NCBI GenBank assembly: GCA_036172245.1
Contig: JAYWIR010000118.1
Location: 62,001 to 109,060, forward strand
Reading direction: 5' to 3'
DNA: 47,060 nt
Origin: Raillietiella orientalis
Taxonomy: Eukaryota
In this document: positions 23,667 through 34,164 of the stretch, piece by piece
Numbering within the stretch: the stretch's first letter is position 1
Layout: the number at the start of each line of letters is the position of its first letter
The notes under the pieces: model-generated
What the model saw: only the letters and a program-made list of their open reading frames with translations
Told to the model about the DNA's origin: nothing
Database searches by the model: none
Translations under genes and position numbers: made by a program

Positions 23667-25492
23667 TACTGCTGGGAAGGTGGCGGCTTTTTGCTCGCTT
23701 TATCCGGCGAGCAGACGGCGAGTAGCACGACTGGCTGGAGAGGACGGTCGCCACCGTCCTCTGTTGTGCTGCATGCATGTAATGCCTCCACGCCAGGCTG
23801 AATTCCGTCGGGTTTCGTGGAGACTTCGCGTTGCTTCGCGGCGAGCGTTGCCTGGCTGCCTACTTTTGATCGGCGCGCACACGCTTTCGAACGAGTTGTC
23901 CTCGTCTCGGTGATCGGAACGGCATCCATTTCGGAGTTCGACCGGCGCATGTTCGATCGGGTTTCGGCCTTCCGCGGAGCAGTGACAGGTTCTGCTGGAT
24001 TGACATCTGTCCTGTTTTCGTTTTCCGTCACCAGAGCATCGCTTTTGGTGACGGCTGCTTTCCCGGCGCGCGCGTTTTCAGCGTGCTCACGCGCAGAAGC
24101 ACGAGGGACCTTTGCTGAAGTCTTCTTTACTTCATTACGGTTCCTCACTTCGCGTGGCGCCGTAAATGGAGATTGTGCTCCATGGCCATCTTTGAAGCCA
24201 TCCGCGTCTTTGGACGGGAGCACTTTCGATGGCTCCGACACGCTCGTCATGGACGCTGCTTTCGGAAGGGCTTTTAATCCCTTCGTTGGCATGGCATCCG
24301 CGCCAGTCGACAGCTTGCTCTCCGACTGCGACGGCGTGAGATTTTTCTCCACTTTCGCGGTGTTCGATCGCGACGCGGATTTTTTTTTGCCGACTTTCGA
24401 AGTCGACACGGCACAACTTTTCTTACCCGATTTGGGCTTCTCAGCCACTGCAGGAGGTGTAGGAATGGATCTGACGGTACTGGAAGTGTCCTTACCGCCG
24501 TTGTCCATTGACGTCCCCGCCGGTTGCTCGAACTCCGAGAGAGCCGGGCGTGCTTGGGAAGGACAGCTATTGCGCCTAGGGGGACTTACCCTTGCCCCGG
24601 ATTCCCCGCACCCTTTCTTTTGCGGCTCCCCTGCCGCGAGAGGGGGTGCGCAGGGCTTCGCGTGCGAGGTTTCCTGCTGCTTTGGGGCGACATTCCGCCT
24701 CGCGTTTTTACCGAATTTCTGCCGTGGGGTCTCCAGGTTTTTCGCAGATTTTTTCTTCTTATCCGCGCTTTGTTTTTTAAAATGGAGCTCCGCGGCTGCC
24801 TTTTTTCGCAAAAGATCCGGGCAATTTTTCAATTGGTGCCCGGATAGTTTGCAATAACGGCATTTTCCAGAGGGGCATTTATCCAAACAATGCCCCTCCT
24901 TCCCGCATTGCTCGCACGTTTTTACTTTGCCCACGAACCACAGGTGAACGACCGTGTCATTCACCTGTAGTTTGGTAGGCAGCAGACGGCGGTCCGGCAT
25001 TGTAAGCCGGGCTCCAGCGACTCCGCTGTGTATGGACGGGAAGTCCTTGAGGTTGCTACGCACCCTCCACAGCGCATGGACCGTGGCGAATTTCGCCAAC
25101 GCGTTCCGAATATCAGTATCGGAGATTTCCGACTCGATGTCGAAAATCTCCACCACAAATGAGTCGTCCATGGCGGCCGGGAAGACCTTCTGGCCACGGA
25201 TCGACAACGGGGTGCGCAGCAAGCGTTGCACAAGTGCAGCGTCTTTGCAACGCACCTTGAAATAGCCCATGTCTTTTACGGGCATAATGGTGAGAAGGTC
25301 CTCCTCCCGCACGCCAACACGGGTCAGTTCATCGTTGAACTGATTCCCGTCGCGCGCAGAAAGAAAACCACTCACCTTATATCGGAGAGGAGGTCTATAG
25401 CCTTGGGCTTCGTATGCCCGCAACTCCGACTCGTCAAGTGGTTTCCCTTCGACGGCTGCTGTGGCAGCAACGTCAGCAAAACTCCTCTCCAT
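23666..25492 (-). CDS. K1 ORF1 protein (608 aa open; the N-terminal extension seen in K2 is cut by a TAG near 25506)
   Basis: CEQCGKEGHCLDKC and CRYCKLSGHQLKNC knuckles; near-identical to K2 ORF1. Confidence 0.8.
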   Translation of the reverse strand: MERSFADVAATAAVEGKPLDESELRAYEAQGYRPPLRYKVSGFLSARDGNQFNDELTRVGVREEDLLTIMPVKDMGYFKVRCKDAALVQRLLRTPLSIRGQKVFPAAMDDSFVVEIFDIESEISDTDIRNALAKFATVHALWRVRSNLKDFPSIHSGVAGARLTMPDRRLLPTKLQVNDTVVHLWFVGKVKTCEQCGKEGHCLDKCPSGKCRYCKLSGHQLKNCPDLLRKKAAAELHFKKQSADKKKKSAKNLETPRQKFGKNARRNVAPKQQETSHAKPCAPPLAAGEPQKKGCGESGARVSPPRRNSCPSQARPALSEFEQPAGTSMDNGGKDTSSTVRSIPTPPAVAEKPKSGKKSCAVSTSKVGKKKSASRSNTAKVEKNLTPSQSESKLSTGADAMPTKGLKALPKAASMTSVSEPSKVLPSKDADGFKDGHGAQSPFTAPREVRNRNEVKKTSAKVPRASAREHAENARAGKAAVTKSDALVTENENRTDVNPAEPVTAPRKAETRSNMRRSNSEMDAVPITETRTTRSKACARRSKVGSQATLAAKQREVSTKPDGIQPGVEALHACSTTEDGGDRPLQPVVLLAVCSPDKASKKPPPSQQ

Positions 25493-25648
25493 TGGCGAGA
25501 AAGACTAAGTGGAGGCGGCCGTCGGTTCCGCGATTGGAGATCCGGATGCTGTTCCTCCAACTTCGGTAGCTTCAAGTTGGGTCGACATCGTCGTCAAAGT
25601 GTACGACGCCAAGATGAAGCGGATGAAAGCACGGAGACGAGAGCGAAG

Positions 25649-25666
25649 AAAAACACGTCCGCACTC
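25649..25666 (-). promoter_or_regulatory. 5'-terminal motif GAGTGCGGACGTGTTTTT (element K1)
   Basis: Begins immediately after the TSD. Confidence 0.6.
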
Positions 25667-25675
25667 GATTGAAAT
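25667..25675. repeat. 9-bp TSD gattgaaat, copy 2 of 3 (between K1 and K2)
   Basis: Sole spacer between the K1 5' end and the K2 3' end. Confidence 0.9.
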
Positions 25676-25705
25676 TTATCACCCGGTCACGCCGGGGCGT
25701 TTATT
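25676..25705 (-). other. 3'-terminal AATAAA + stem-loop (element K2)
   Basis: aataaa cgccccgg cgtga ccgggtg ataa, then the TSD. Confidence 0.88.
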
Positions 25706-25988
25706 AATAATAATAAACTGGTCAGGGACAATGTCCTTAACCAACAGAACGACAGAGAACATAGAAAAATTACCGGCACGCAGGCCTGGTAAACAAACCG
25801 CTCGCAGCGTGGGAGGAATGAGGGGAAACAAACAAAAATCAAAAACTGGAGGGAAGGGTAACGGGTTTTCGGTTAGGCTCCGTACTCACGGGGATTTAAA
25901 CGATGAGCACCTAAAATGTTCCGGAGCCTATGGGGACGCGGGTGTAAAAAGAAAATACAAAAATAGTTTATGGAGGGTAGGGCAATGA

Positions 25989-28900
25989 TCACCGGGTTGG
26001 CCGCTGCTGAGCGTGTGTAAACCGGCGGTGTATTGCGGCGGGAATCCTCTTTGTCTCCTCTGTCAAATGAGGCCATCTAGATGATGATCCCATGTAGAAG
26101 GATGCTTTGCTGATTACCTCTTGGTGCTGTCCGTTGATTACCAACGCCTGGCGGACGGAAACTATCGCGCGTATGCAACCGATGGTTGCAATCCTTGCGC
26201 ATAGTGAAAGCCCGCTCGGCGTGAAGAATCGTCGCAGCAAGTCTCTTGCGGTGTCCACGGGATGCAATAGTGCTGTTGCCAGCCTACGCCACAGTCCTTG
26301 TAGGACACCGCAGTCCAGAAGTAGGTGCGGAATCGACTCCGTCGATCCGCACCGAACGCAGTTCGCAGACGCAAGTCCCCCGGAGTCACGATGCCAACGC
26401 TCGTTGCACTGAAAACCCTAGTGAACGAAAATCAGCACGTCTTGTTTCCAAGCAAGGGGGAGCAGCGAACTGTCCATACACTGTGGAGGGACTACAAGTT
26501 CTTCGGGGGTGACAGCAAGTTCTTCTGCCCACCGGAGGAGTCCCTTTGCAGTAACACGAGGAGTGGCGGCGTCCGCCAACTCACTTGTCTTCCAGGTGCC
26601 AAGGAGTTTGGTTTTTCCCGCTATCGTGCAGGAAACCTCCCACCTCGCCGGTTGGTAACTGTGGTTTCTTGCCCTGAGGGAGACAGCGCTGCGGAAAGAG
26701 GCGTGGCAGCCAGGGTAGAAAACTTCACCTCGTCCTGCAGTACTTCTTCCAAGGATCGTGGAAAAAATTGGCGCAGGGGGCGAAGATCTTCAGGGCGTAT
26801 TCCTTGGAACGCCGCCCAGGATTCAACAGACTCCTGCCGCCAAGCTTCAAAGTTCATTGGGCGGCAGGAGATCCACGAGTGTGCTTCCAGAAGTGCGGTC
26901 AACTGCCGCAATGGAAACCCGAAACCCCGCTTTCTGTATTGAGTGCCCGGCAGAAGCGAGAGAAATCCTCCGCTGCCGGCGCATCTCCGCAGGAGAATGC
27001 GAGCTGGCACACACAGGGGGGATGTCCATAGCTGGGCACACAGTGCCAGCAGTCGGAACTGCACCTGCAGTCCGATTCGCTCCATTGTCAGGATACCCAA
27101 ACCAGCATCCCGACGCGGAGCTGACAAATCTTTAAGGCGGATCCTGGATCTCGCCGGACCCCAGAGAGCGTTCCTGAGCAGGCGCTTAGCCCGCTGTTTT
27201 GCCGCATAGGGGGGGTCCAAAACAAAAAACAGGGGACGGAGGAGGGGGCCACAAAGGTGTTCCAAATAGTCGCCCGTTCCTGCAAGGTAAACTTGCCATT
27301 AAAGAACGGGCTGATGGCCAACTCTGCTTTCTGAAGACAGTCCGCCCACGCTTCGGCTGCGCCGAAAGCGCCCAACGGAACGTCAAGGTACTTAAAGTAC
27401 CCGCCCGTGGGGATCCCCAGGCGGATCCAGTCGGACTGCCCCTCCCACGACGTACCCACAGGAACGACCACGCTCTTCTCTCTGTTCACGCTCACGCCCG
27501 CTCCCCGAAGAATCAGGTCGAAAAAATCCTCGACACTGGACGCCGGGGTGGACATGGGGAGCAGAAGAAGCAGGTCATCATCGTAGGCGGCCACGGCAGG
27601 CGTTCCCGGGCAGGAGCTTGGCAAGTGAGACAGCGTCAGCCGAATGCTCTTAGCATCAACTCAAAGAAGATGCTGAAGAGCAACGGGCTTAAGCTGTCGC
27701 CCTGTCGGATGCCCCTACGAACGGGAATACCATACACGCGGCAGCCGCTAAAAGTGATGCAGGTTAGCGCGTGGCGCCAGCACGCGCGCAAATACAGCAG
27801 GAGTTGCGCCGGGAACCCAAGGCGTTCCATAAGCTCCAAAAGCAGCTTCGGGTTTACGCAGTCGAACGCCTTGTGGAGATCGACCGCGACCGCCAAGGCA
27901 CCTGGCGTTCCCTCCTGCCGTCGGCGCCTGTTCTTTTTGCCTGCGGCAGTGACTTTCGCAGCAGCTTGGCTTTGCTGCGCCACAACTTCCTGCAGCTGCA
28001 TCCATGTACGCGCGAAAAGGATGTTCGCCTCCATGGATCGTCCCGGACCCGCGTAGGTTTGTTCCGGGCTCACCACAGATTCCGCTATTCTTCCTAACCG
28101 CGCGACCCACAGCTTGGAAAACAACTTGACGTCCGAGTTCACCAAGGTGATCGGACGCCAGTTGTTAAGTTGGCGCAAGTCTCCGCCTTTCGGCAGGAGA
28201 CGCACCTTCGCTGAGCGGAAGGAATCAGGGACATTCCCGGATTCACTCATCAGCGTCGCGAGTTTAAGCATCAAGGGAATGAGCTCCACTGCAAAGCACT
28301 GATAAAACTCTGCAGGGAGCATATCCTCGCCTGGCGCCTTTCGTCTCTTCAGCCCAGCGATGGCGGACGAAAATTCATCCGCCGTGAAGGGCTCGTCGAG
28401 ACGTTCGCGTTCCTCCTCGCCGACAACACGAGCATCCTGAGACAGGAGTATCTCAGAAAGAATATCCTCCGTCGGGGATTCCGCGTAGAGCGAGGAGTAG
28501 TAGCGTCTCACAATGCGGCGTACTTCGGCTGGGGCCGAACATTCCTGGCCCTTGTCGTCCAACAGGCATGCTGCTCCGGACTGCCAGACCTGGCGCTCGG
28601 CCCTCGCCTTGTACTCTGAGAGACGCCCGACATCCGCGCGTCTCGAAAACGTGCGGGCCTGCAGAAAGTCTCTACTGTTGGCCACGCCCTCTCCGAAACC
28701 GCGTGGAAGCCGGTGCAAGGGGAATTGGCAACAGAACTCGTGGACAGATCTTTTGAGATCGTCCCAGTCCGCAAGTTCTTGAATGGCAAAGCCCCGGAGG
28801 TATCCACGTAGATGCTCCGCAGCCTCCGGTTGGCTAAGCCAATCCGCCTGCATCCTCCTGCTTTGCAACGGAGGCCCCTGCCTGGCGGAAGGATCTCAAA

Positions 28901-29578
28901 CTCCAACCTGTGGTGGTCAGAAAGCTCAGTCAACAATCTTCCTCTCCTACCCACACGCGAATGCAGGTTTTCATCGAGGAAAACGTGATCGAGCGATCTT
29001 TCCATTCCAGGTTCGCTGACCATCAAGTTGGCGGCGTGAACGGACGCGTACATCTCGATGGGCAGCGCGCGCTCCCTCGGGCGGCTCCAATCGTCGGAGA
29101 GCAGGCGGACGTTGAAGTCCCCAGCGACGAGGTGCGCCACTTGGAAGCCGGAGTTGTTGAGCCACTGGCTCTGCACCTTACCAAAGAAAGCTACTCTTTC
29201 TTCGAGGTAGCGAGAGCCACTCGGCGCGTAGACGTTCGTAACGACGAGATCGATGGACTCGGACCACTTGATGACAAGCTGGCCTATCCGTCCGTTGTCA
29301 TCGAAACGAACACTACGCACCGCTTCCGCCATTTTTCCTCTTACGAGGAACGCGACGCCGCACGTGTGTGCGCCGCCGCACCGCCAATGTAGCCTTCCGC
29401 CTGCGCGCTCCTCGATTTCGGCTGCCTGCTTGTCGGAGATCACGTGAATCTCCTGCAGCAGCGCGAGGTCGAAGGGGCGCAGGGCGTTGGCTACTAATCG
29501 CCTCTTCTCGTCGTTCTGCAGTCCGTTCACGTTCCAACACGTTACGGACAGACGACGAGAAGACGCGATTCCCCGCAT
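25989..29578 (-). pseudogene. K2 ORF2 (EN-RT-CCHC) with frameshifts and YADD>YDDD
   Basis: ORF pieces 28508-29578, 27636-28868, 27088-27624, 26621-27265 and 25989-26267. Confidence 0.92.
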
Positions 29579-31500
29579 TACTGCTGGGAAGGTGGCGGCT
29601 TTTTGCTCGCTTTATCCGGCGAGCAGACGGCGAGCAGCACGACTGGATGGAGGGGACGGTCGCCACCGTCCTCTGTCGTGCTGCATGCATGTAATGCCTC
29701 CACGCCAGGCTGAACCGCGTCGGGTTTCGTGGAGACTTCGCGTTGCTTCGCGGCGAGCGTTGCCTGGCTGCCTACTTTTGATCGGCGCGCACACGCTTTC
29801 GAACGAGTTGTCCTCGTCTCGGCGATCGGAACGGCATCCATTTCGGAGTCCGACCGGCGCATGTTCGATCGGGTTTCGGCCTTCCGCGAAGCAGTGACAG
29901 GTTCTGCTGGATTGACAGCTGTCCTGTTTTCGTTTTCCGTCACCAGAGCATCGCTTTTGGTGACGGCTGCTTTCCCGGCGCGCGCGTTTTCAGCGTTCTC
30001 ACGCGCAGTTGCACGAGGGACCTTTGCTGAAGTCTTCTTTACTTCATTACGGTTCCTCACTCCACGTGGCGCCGTAAATGGAGATTGTGCTCCATGGCCA
30101 TCTTTGAAGCCATCCGCGTCTTTGGACGGGAGCACTTTCGATGGCTCCGACACGCTCGTCATGGACGCTGCTTTCGGAAGGGCTTTTAATCCCTTCGTTG
30201 GCATGGCATCCGCGCCAGTCCAGAGCTTGCTCTCCGACTGCGACAGTGTGAGATTTCTCTCTGCTTTCGCGGTGTTGGATCGCGACGCGGATTTTTTTTT
30301 GCCGACTTTCGAAGTCGACACGGCGCAACCCTTCTTACCCGATTTGGGCTTCTCAGCCACTGCAGGAGGTGAAGGAATGGATCTGACGGTACTGGAAGTG
30401 TCCTTACCGCCGTTGTCCATTGGCGTCCCCGCCGGTTGCTCGAACTCCGAGAGAGCCGGGCGTGCTTGGGAAGGACACCTATTGCGCCTAGGGGGACTTA
30501 CCATTGCCCCGGATTCCCAGCACCCTTTCTTTTGCGGCTCCCCTGCCGCGAGAGGGGGTGCGCAGGGCTTCGCGTGCGAGGTTTCCTGCTGCTTTGGGGC
30601 GACATTCCGCCTCGCGTTTTTACCGAATTTCTGCCGTGGGGTCTCCAGGTTTTTCGCAGATTTTTTCTTTTTATCCGCGCTTTGTTTTCCAGGATGGAGC
30701 TCCGCGGCTGCCTTTTTTCGCATGAGATCCGGGCAATTTTTCAATTGGTGCCCGGATAGTTTGCAATAACGGCATTTTCCAGAGGGGCATTTATCCAAAC
30801 AATGCCCCTCCTTCCCGCATTGCTCGCACGTTTTTACTTTGCCCACGAACCACAGGTGAACGACCGTGTCTTTCACCTGTAGTTTCGTGGGCAGCAGACG
30901 GCGGTCCGGCATTGTAAGCCGGACTCCAGCGACTCCGCTGTGTATGGACGGGAAGTCCTTGAGGTTGCTACGCACCCTCCACAGCGCATGGACCGTGGCG
31001 AATTTTGCCAACGCGTTCCGAATATCAGTTTCGGAGATTTCCGACTCGATGTCGAAAATCTCCACCACAAATGAGTCGTCCATGGCGGCCGGGAAGACCT
31101 TCTGGCCACGGATCGACAGCGGGGTGCGCAGCAAGCGTTGCACAAGTGCAGCGTCTTTGCAACGCACCTTGAAATAGCCCATGTCTTTTACGGGCATAAT
31201 GGCGAGAAGGTCCTCCTCCCGCACGCCAACACGGGTCAGTTCATCGTTGAACTGATTCCCGTCGCGCGCAGAAAGAAAACCACTCACCTTATATCGGAGA
31301 GCAGGTCTATAGCCTTGGGCTACGTATGCCCGCAACTCCGACTCGTCGAGTGGTTTCCCTTTGACGGCTGCTGTGGCAGCAACGTCAGCAAAACTCCTCT
31401 CCATTGGCGAGAAAGACGAGGTGGAGGCGGCCGTCGGTTCCGCGATTGTAGATCCAGATGCTGTTCCTCCAACTTCAGTAGCTTCAAGTTGGGTCGACAT
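29578..31500 (-). CDS. K2 ORF1 protein, intact 640 aa (MSTQLEATEV...PPPSQQ), gag-like with two CCHC knuckles
   Basis: Uninterrupted frame from the ATG at 31500 to the TAA overlapping the ORF2 ATG. Confidence 0.88.
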   Translation of the reverse strand: MSTQLEATEVGGTASGSTIAEPTAASTSSFSPMERSFADVAATAAVKGKPLDESELRAYVAQGYRPALRYKVSGFLSARDGNQFNDELTRVGVREEDLLAIMPVKDMGYFKVRCKDAALVQRLLRTPLSIRGQKVFPAAMDDSFVVEIFDIESEISETDIRNALAKFATVHALWRVRSNLKDFPSIHSGVAGVRLTMPDRRLLPTKLQVKDTVVHLWFVGKVKTCEQCGKEGHCLDKCPSGKCRYCKLSGHQLKNCPDLMRKKAAAELHPGKQSADKKKKSAKNLETPRQKFGKNARRNVAPKQQETSHAKPCAPPLAAGEPQKKGCWESGAMVSPPRRNRCPSQARPALSEFEQPAGTPMDNGGKDTSSTVRSIPSPPAVAEKPKSGKKGCAVSTSKVGKKKSASRSNTAKAERNLTLSQSESKLWTGADAMPTKGLKALPKAASMTSVSEPSKVLPSKDADGFKDGHGAQSPFTAPRGVRNRNEVKKTSAKVPRATARENAENARAGKAAVTKSDALVTENENRTAVNPAEPVTASRKAETRSNMRRSDSEMDAVPIAETRTTRSKACARRSKVGSQATLAAKQREVSTKPDAVQPGVEALHACSTTEDGGDRPLHPVVLLAVCSPDKASKKPPPSQQ

Positions 31501-31560
31501 CGTCGTCAAAATGTACAACGCCAAGATGAAGCGGATGAAAGCACGGAGACGAGAGCGAAG

Positions 31561-31578
31561 AAAAACACGTCCGCACTC
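31561..31578 (-). promoter_or_regulatory. 5'-terminal motif GAGTGCGGACGTGTTTTT (element K2)
   Basis: Begins immediately after the TSD. Confidence 0.6.
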
Positions 31579-31587
31579 GATTGAAAT
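31579..31587. repeat. 9-bp TSD gattgaaat, copy 3 of 3
   Basis: Abuts the K2 5' end and continues into host EN (AHLIAGDFN on the minus strand). Confidence 0.9.
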
Positions 31588-32046
31588 CTCCCGCTATCAG
31601 GTGAGCCTTCCGCACGTTCGTGTCCGCCAGCCAGTCGCGCTTCAGGGAATCCAGCAGCCTCGTACGGTCGCTGTATCCCTGTTTACCGCTGGGGGCGTAC
31701 ACATTCGTGACGATCAATTCGATCGAGTCGGACCAGCTGAGAATCAGCTGACCGACCCGAGCGTCGTCATCGAAGCGCACGCCCTTCACGGCCGCGTCGA
31801 TGGCCGGCTTCACGAAGAACGCGACCCCGCAGGTGTTGCGGAGGCCGCACCCCCAATACAGCCGACCCCCCGCGATCGTCTCGATCTCCTGGGCGTCTGC
31901 CGCGGTGATCACGTGGATCTTCTGCAGCAGGGCCAGGTCGAGCTCACGCAGGGTGTCGGCCGTATCTCGCCTGTTACCGTCGTCGCGCAGCCCGTTGACG
32001 TTCCAACAGGCGGCGCGAATCCGACGGCGACTGGCGAGCCCAGGTG

Positions 32047-33798
32047 TAATTCCTGGGAAGATGGCGATGTGGCGTCCACCACCTGTTGGGGCGGGACGCT
32101 AGGTGGAGGAGGAGGGTCAGGCGCTGCGTGCACCTGGTCCCCCTCCTCCATCGGTGCCGGCGCGTCGGCCGGATCACCCGCAGGTGGAGTCGCGCCTACC
32201 TGTTCGCCCTTCTCCATGGAGGCGGGCTGTTCAGGGTCGGCGCCTGCAGGGGGGACTTCATCCCCCTGTTCACCCTCCTCCATGGCTATGGCCGGATCGA
32301 CGGCTTGCGAGCGTAAGAATTCCTCCTGCGAATTTCCCACGCTGGCGACGGCTTCCGTCTTCTCCTTCTCGCTGGTGGAGGGGAGGCGCCTCCTGGGCTT
32401 CTGGGACTTGCGTCCCGACTTCCTGGGGGGTGCCTCCGAGGAGGAGGATCTGCTTCCGGCCTCCAGGTCTAACTCACCTGTGGAGGCCATCTTCGCCGTA
32501 GCCGGCCTTCGCACGGCGTTGCGCGAGGGATTCTCACGCTCTGCCAGCGTGACCGCGTGCTCCTCCGCCGCCTGCGCGAACGCGGCGTCCGCGGCTTCGA
32601 CCGCCGCTATGTCGCGCGGCTCACCCTCTGTGTTTACAGAGGGTTTGCCGTCGCGAGCCTCCGGCGCAGCGGAAACGGCAAGGGGAGGATCGACACTCCG
32701 TGTGGCAAACTCGGGAACGACGATTTGTTCTAGTGCCACCGTGTTCTCGCGCAGAGTTTTCGAGCGCGGACCGGGTTTTTTTTGGCTAACCGGCCGTCTT
32801 GCGCTGTTTGCTCTCCGCGGGTGGGAGTTTTCTCGGCTTTCTAGCTTCTACAAGGTGCCATCCCTCTTCGCCTTCCACCGTTTCAGAAGGTTTATCCTCC
32901 GGCTTACACGCCGGCGGTTGAGGTGTTGGCAGCTTGTGCTGGCCCTTTTGCACTTTAGTTTTAGAGACCTTTGAAGAGCGTTTCCCCTGCGCTTTCTTCG
33001 CGGTAGGGGGAACCGGGGTGGGGCGTTTCTGTCACACGCTCCGAACGGAGCCCCGCTCCCCGCGCAAATGGCATTGTATATTGGGACACCTTTTACGTAG
33101 GTGTCCCGCGGTATCACAATGCCAGCAATACCGGGGCTTCCCTACATACCACAAGTCGACGTTTTCTTGTGCCACCTTTAGTTTGTGGAGAAGACCAGAA
33201 TTCTCCCGTACGGTGACCCGCGCTGCAGCCTGCCCACCAAAAAGGCTATGGAAGCCGTCGAAAATGGAAGGTTTCGGCCACAGTGCGTGCACCTCACCGT
33301 ACTTTCTTAATTCCTCACCAACCGCTGATAGCGTCATTAGGCTGGTGATGCCAGTCATGTGGACCACCACGGAGCGGTCCATGGATACTGGCAGGATCTT
33401 GCGGCCGTCTACGTTCAGCGGCGCATGGATTAGGCGGTGAGCCAAGGTGACATCTTTGGAGACCACCTCGACCCGCTGCCCGCCGCTGAGGACGGAGAGG
33501 CCGTTTAGATCCTTCTCAGTATCATTCGCGTCCTTCAATGCTTTGCTGAAGGCGCGCGCTGAACGGCCGTCGAAGAAGTTGCCTACCTGGTAGACAAGCG
33601 ATAACTTGTACCCTTAGGCCTTGTATGCGGCCATCTCCGCCATGGCTTCTGCGCTGGGCGCGGCCACCATGGCGCTCCATGTCCTCGGCGTGGCCGGGGA
33701 TGTTTCCGAGGCGGCTGCTTCTGCTCCAGTAGGCTGTGGGGGAGAACTAGCCTCCCCCAATCCCACCTTTATCGCGGTGTTCTCTGACGTCGTGACCA
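32047..33798 (-). pseudogene. Element J ORF1, disrupted
   Basis: ORF pieces 33614-33835, 33032-33538 (WYVGKPRYCWHCDTAGHLRKRC) and 31909-32739 (MEEG repeats). Homologous to element C ORF1. Start approximate. Confidence 0.8.
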
Positions 33799-33871
33799 TT
33801 GGACACCAACGATGTACCCAAAACACCACACACAAGAAAGCGCTTTCCTACTACTCTTCGGAGAGTGGAGG

Positions 33872-33886
33872 AAAAACACGTTCTCC
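33872..33886 (-). promoter_or_regulatory. 5'-terminal motif variant GGAGAACGTGTTTTT (element J)
   Basis: 5 nt inside the right TSD. Confidence 0.5.
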
Positions 33887-33891
33887 AGCTG

Positions 33892-33901
33892 GCCTTGGAG
33901 G
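33892..33901. repeat. Target site duplication of element J (gccttggagg), right copy
   Basis: Matches 16407-16416. Confidence 0.85.
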
Positions 33902-34160
33902 GTTCTGGCTGCAACGAGGCTGCCAGCTCCTCCGCGGCTCGCGCAAAGGCTACGTCATCAACGGTGCTGTCGAGGACGGACGCCGCCGCCGGCTCGCTCC
34001 CCTCGCTGTTGACAGAGTCAACAGAGGGGTTGTCGTCGGTAGCGGCGAGTTCTTTTTCGCAGCGTTGGGGAATACGTTCTACAACGACGGTGCACTGACG
34101 TGTTCTGTGTTGCTTTTCGAGCGTGATTCCTCTCCGTCTTCTTGTGTGCGGTGTGCCCCA
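33892..34160 (-). mobile_element. Element I, right piece: ORF1 fragment (right boundary approximate)
   Basis: Reverse complement matches element L ORF1 at ~41050-41258 (DDVAFARAAEELAASLQPEPSKA). Confidence 0.8.
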
Positions 34161-34164
34161 GTGC

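Larger units (their letters stand above)
19761..25666 (-). mobile_element. Element K1: full-length ~5.9 kb L1/Tx1-like LINE, ORF2 disrupted
   Basis: 5' end gagtgcggacgtgttttt, ORF1, TAATG overlap, EN-RT(YADD)-CCHC, 3' stem-loop. Flanked by gattgaaat. Confidence 0.95.
25676..31578 (-). mobile_element. Element K2: full-length ~5.9 kb LINE, tandem sister of K1, ORF2 frameshifted
   Basis: Colinear with K1 at an offset of ~5915 bp, with the same termini. Flanked by gattgaaat. Confidence 0.95.
16417..33891 (-). mobile_element. Element J: full-length degenerate LINE (16417-19760 + 31579-33891) interrupted by the K1/K2 tandem
   Basis: 5' motif at 33871-33886, ORF1 knuckles at ~33030-33150, EN up to AHLIAGDFN at 31579. 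Resumes as FNLRL...DHVFL at 19760, then RT (YADD ~18220-18231) and 3' stem-loop at 16417-16447. Flanked by TSD gccttggagg. Confidence 0.88.

Noticed and set aside
23817..24857. 346-aa plus-strand ORF (also 29729-30769, 11600-12454, 11572-12357)
   Set aside because: Antisense shadows of GC-rich, low-complexity ORF1 tails. No recognisable motifs, and repeated only because K1 and K2 are duplicates.
19761..31578. K1/K2 direct repeats as LTRs or an assembly artefact
   Set aside because: Each repeat is a whole LINE, and no integrase, protease or RNase H is seen. The numerous substitutions and distinct indels argue against a duplicated assembly of one copy, though long reads should confirm this.
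31361..32974. 537-aa plus-strand ORF
   Set aside because: Runs antisense across the K2/J junction, so it is an accidental chimera.
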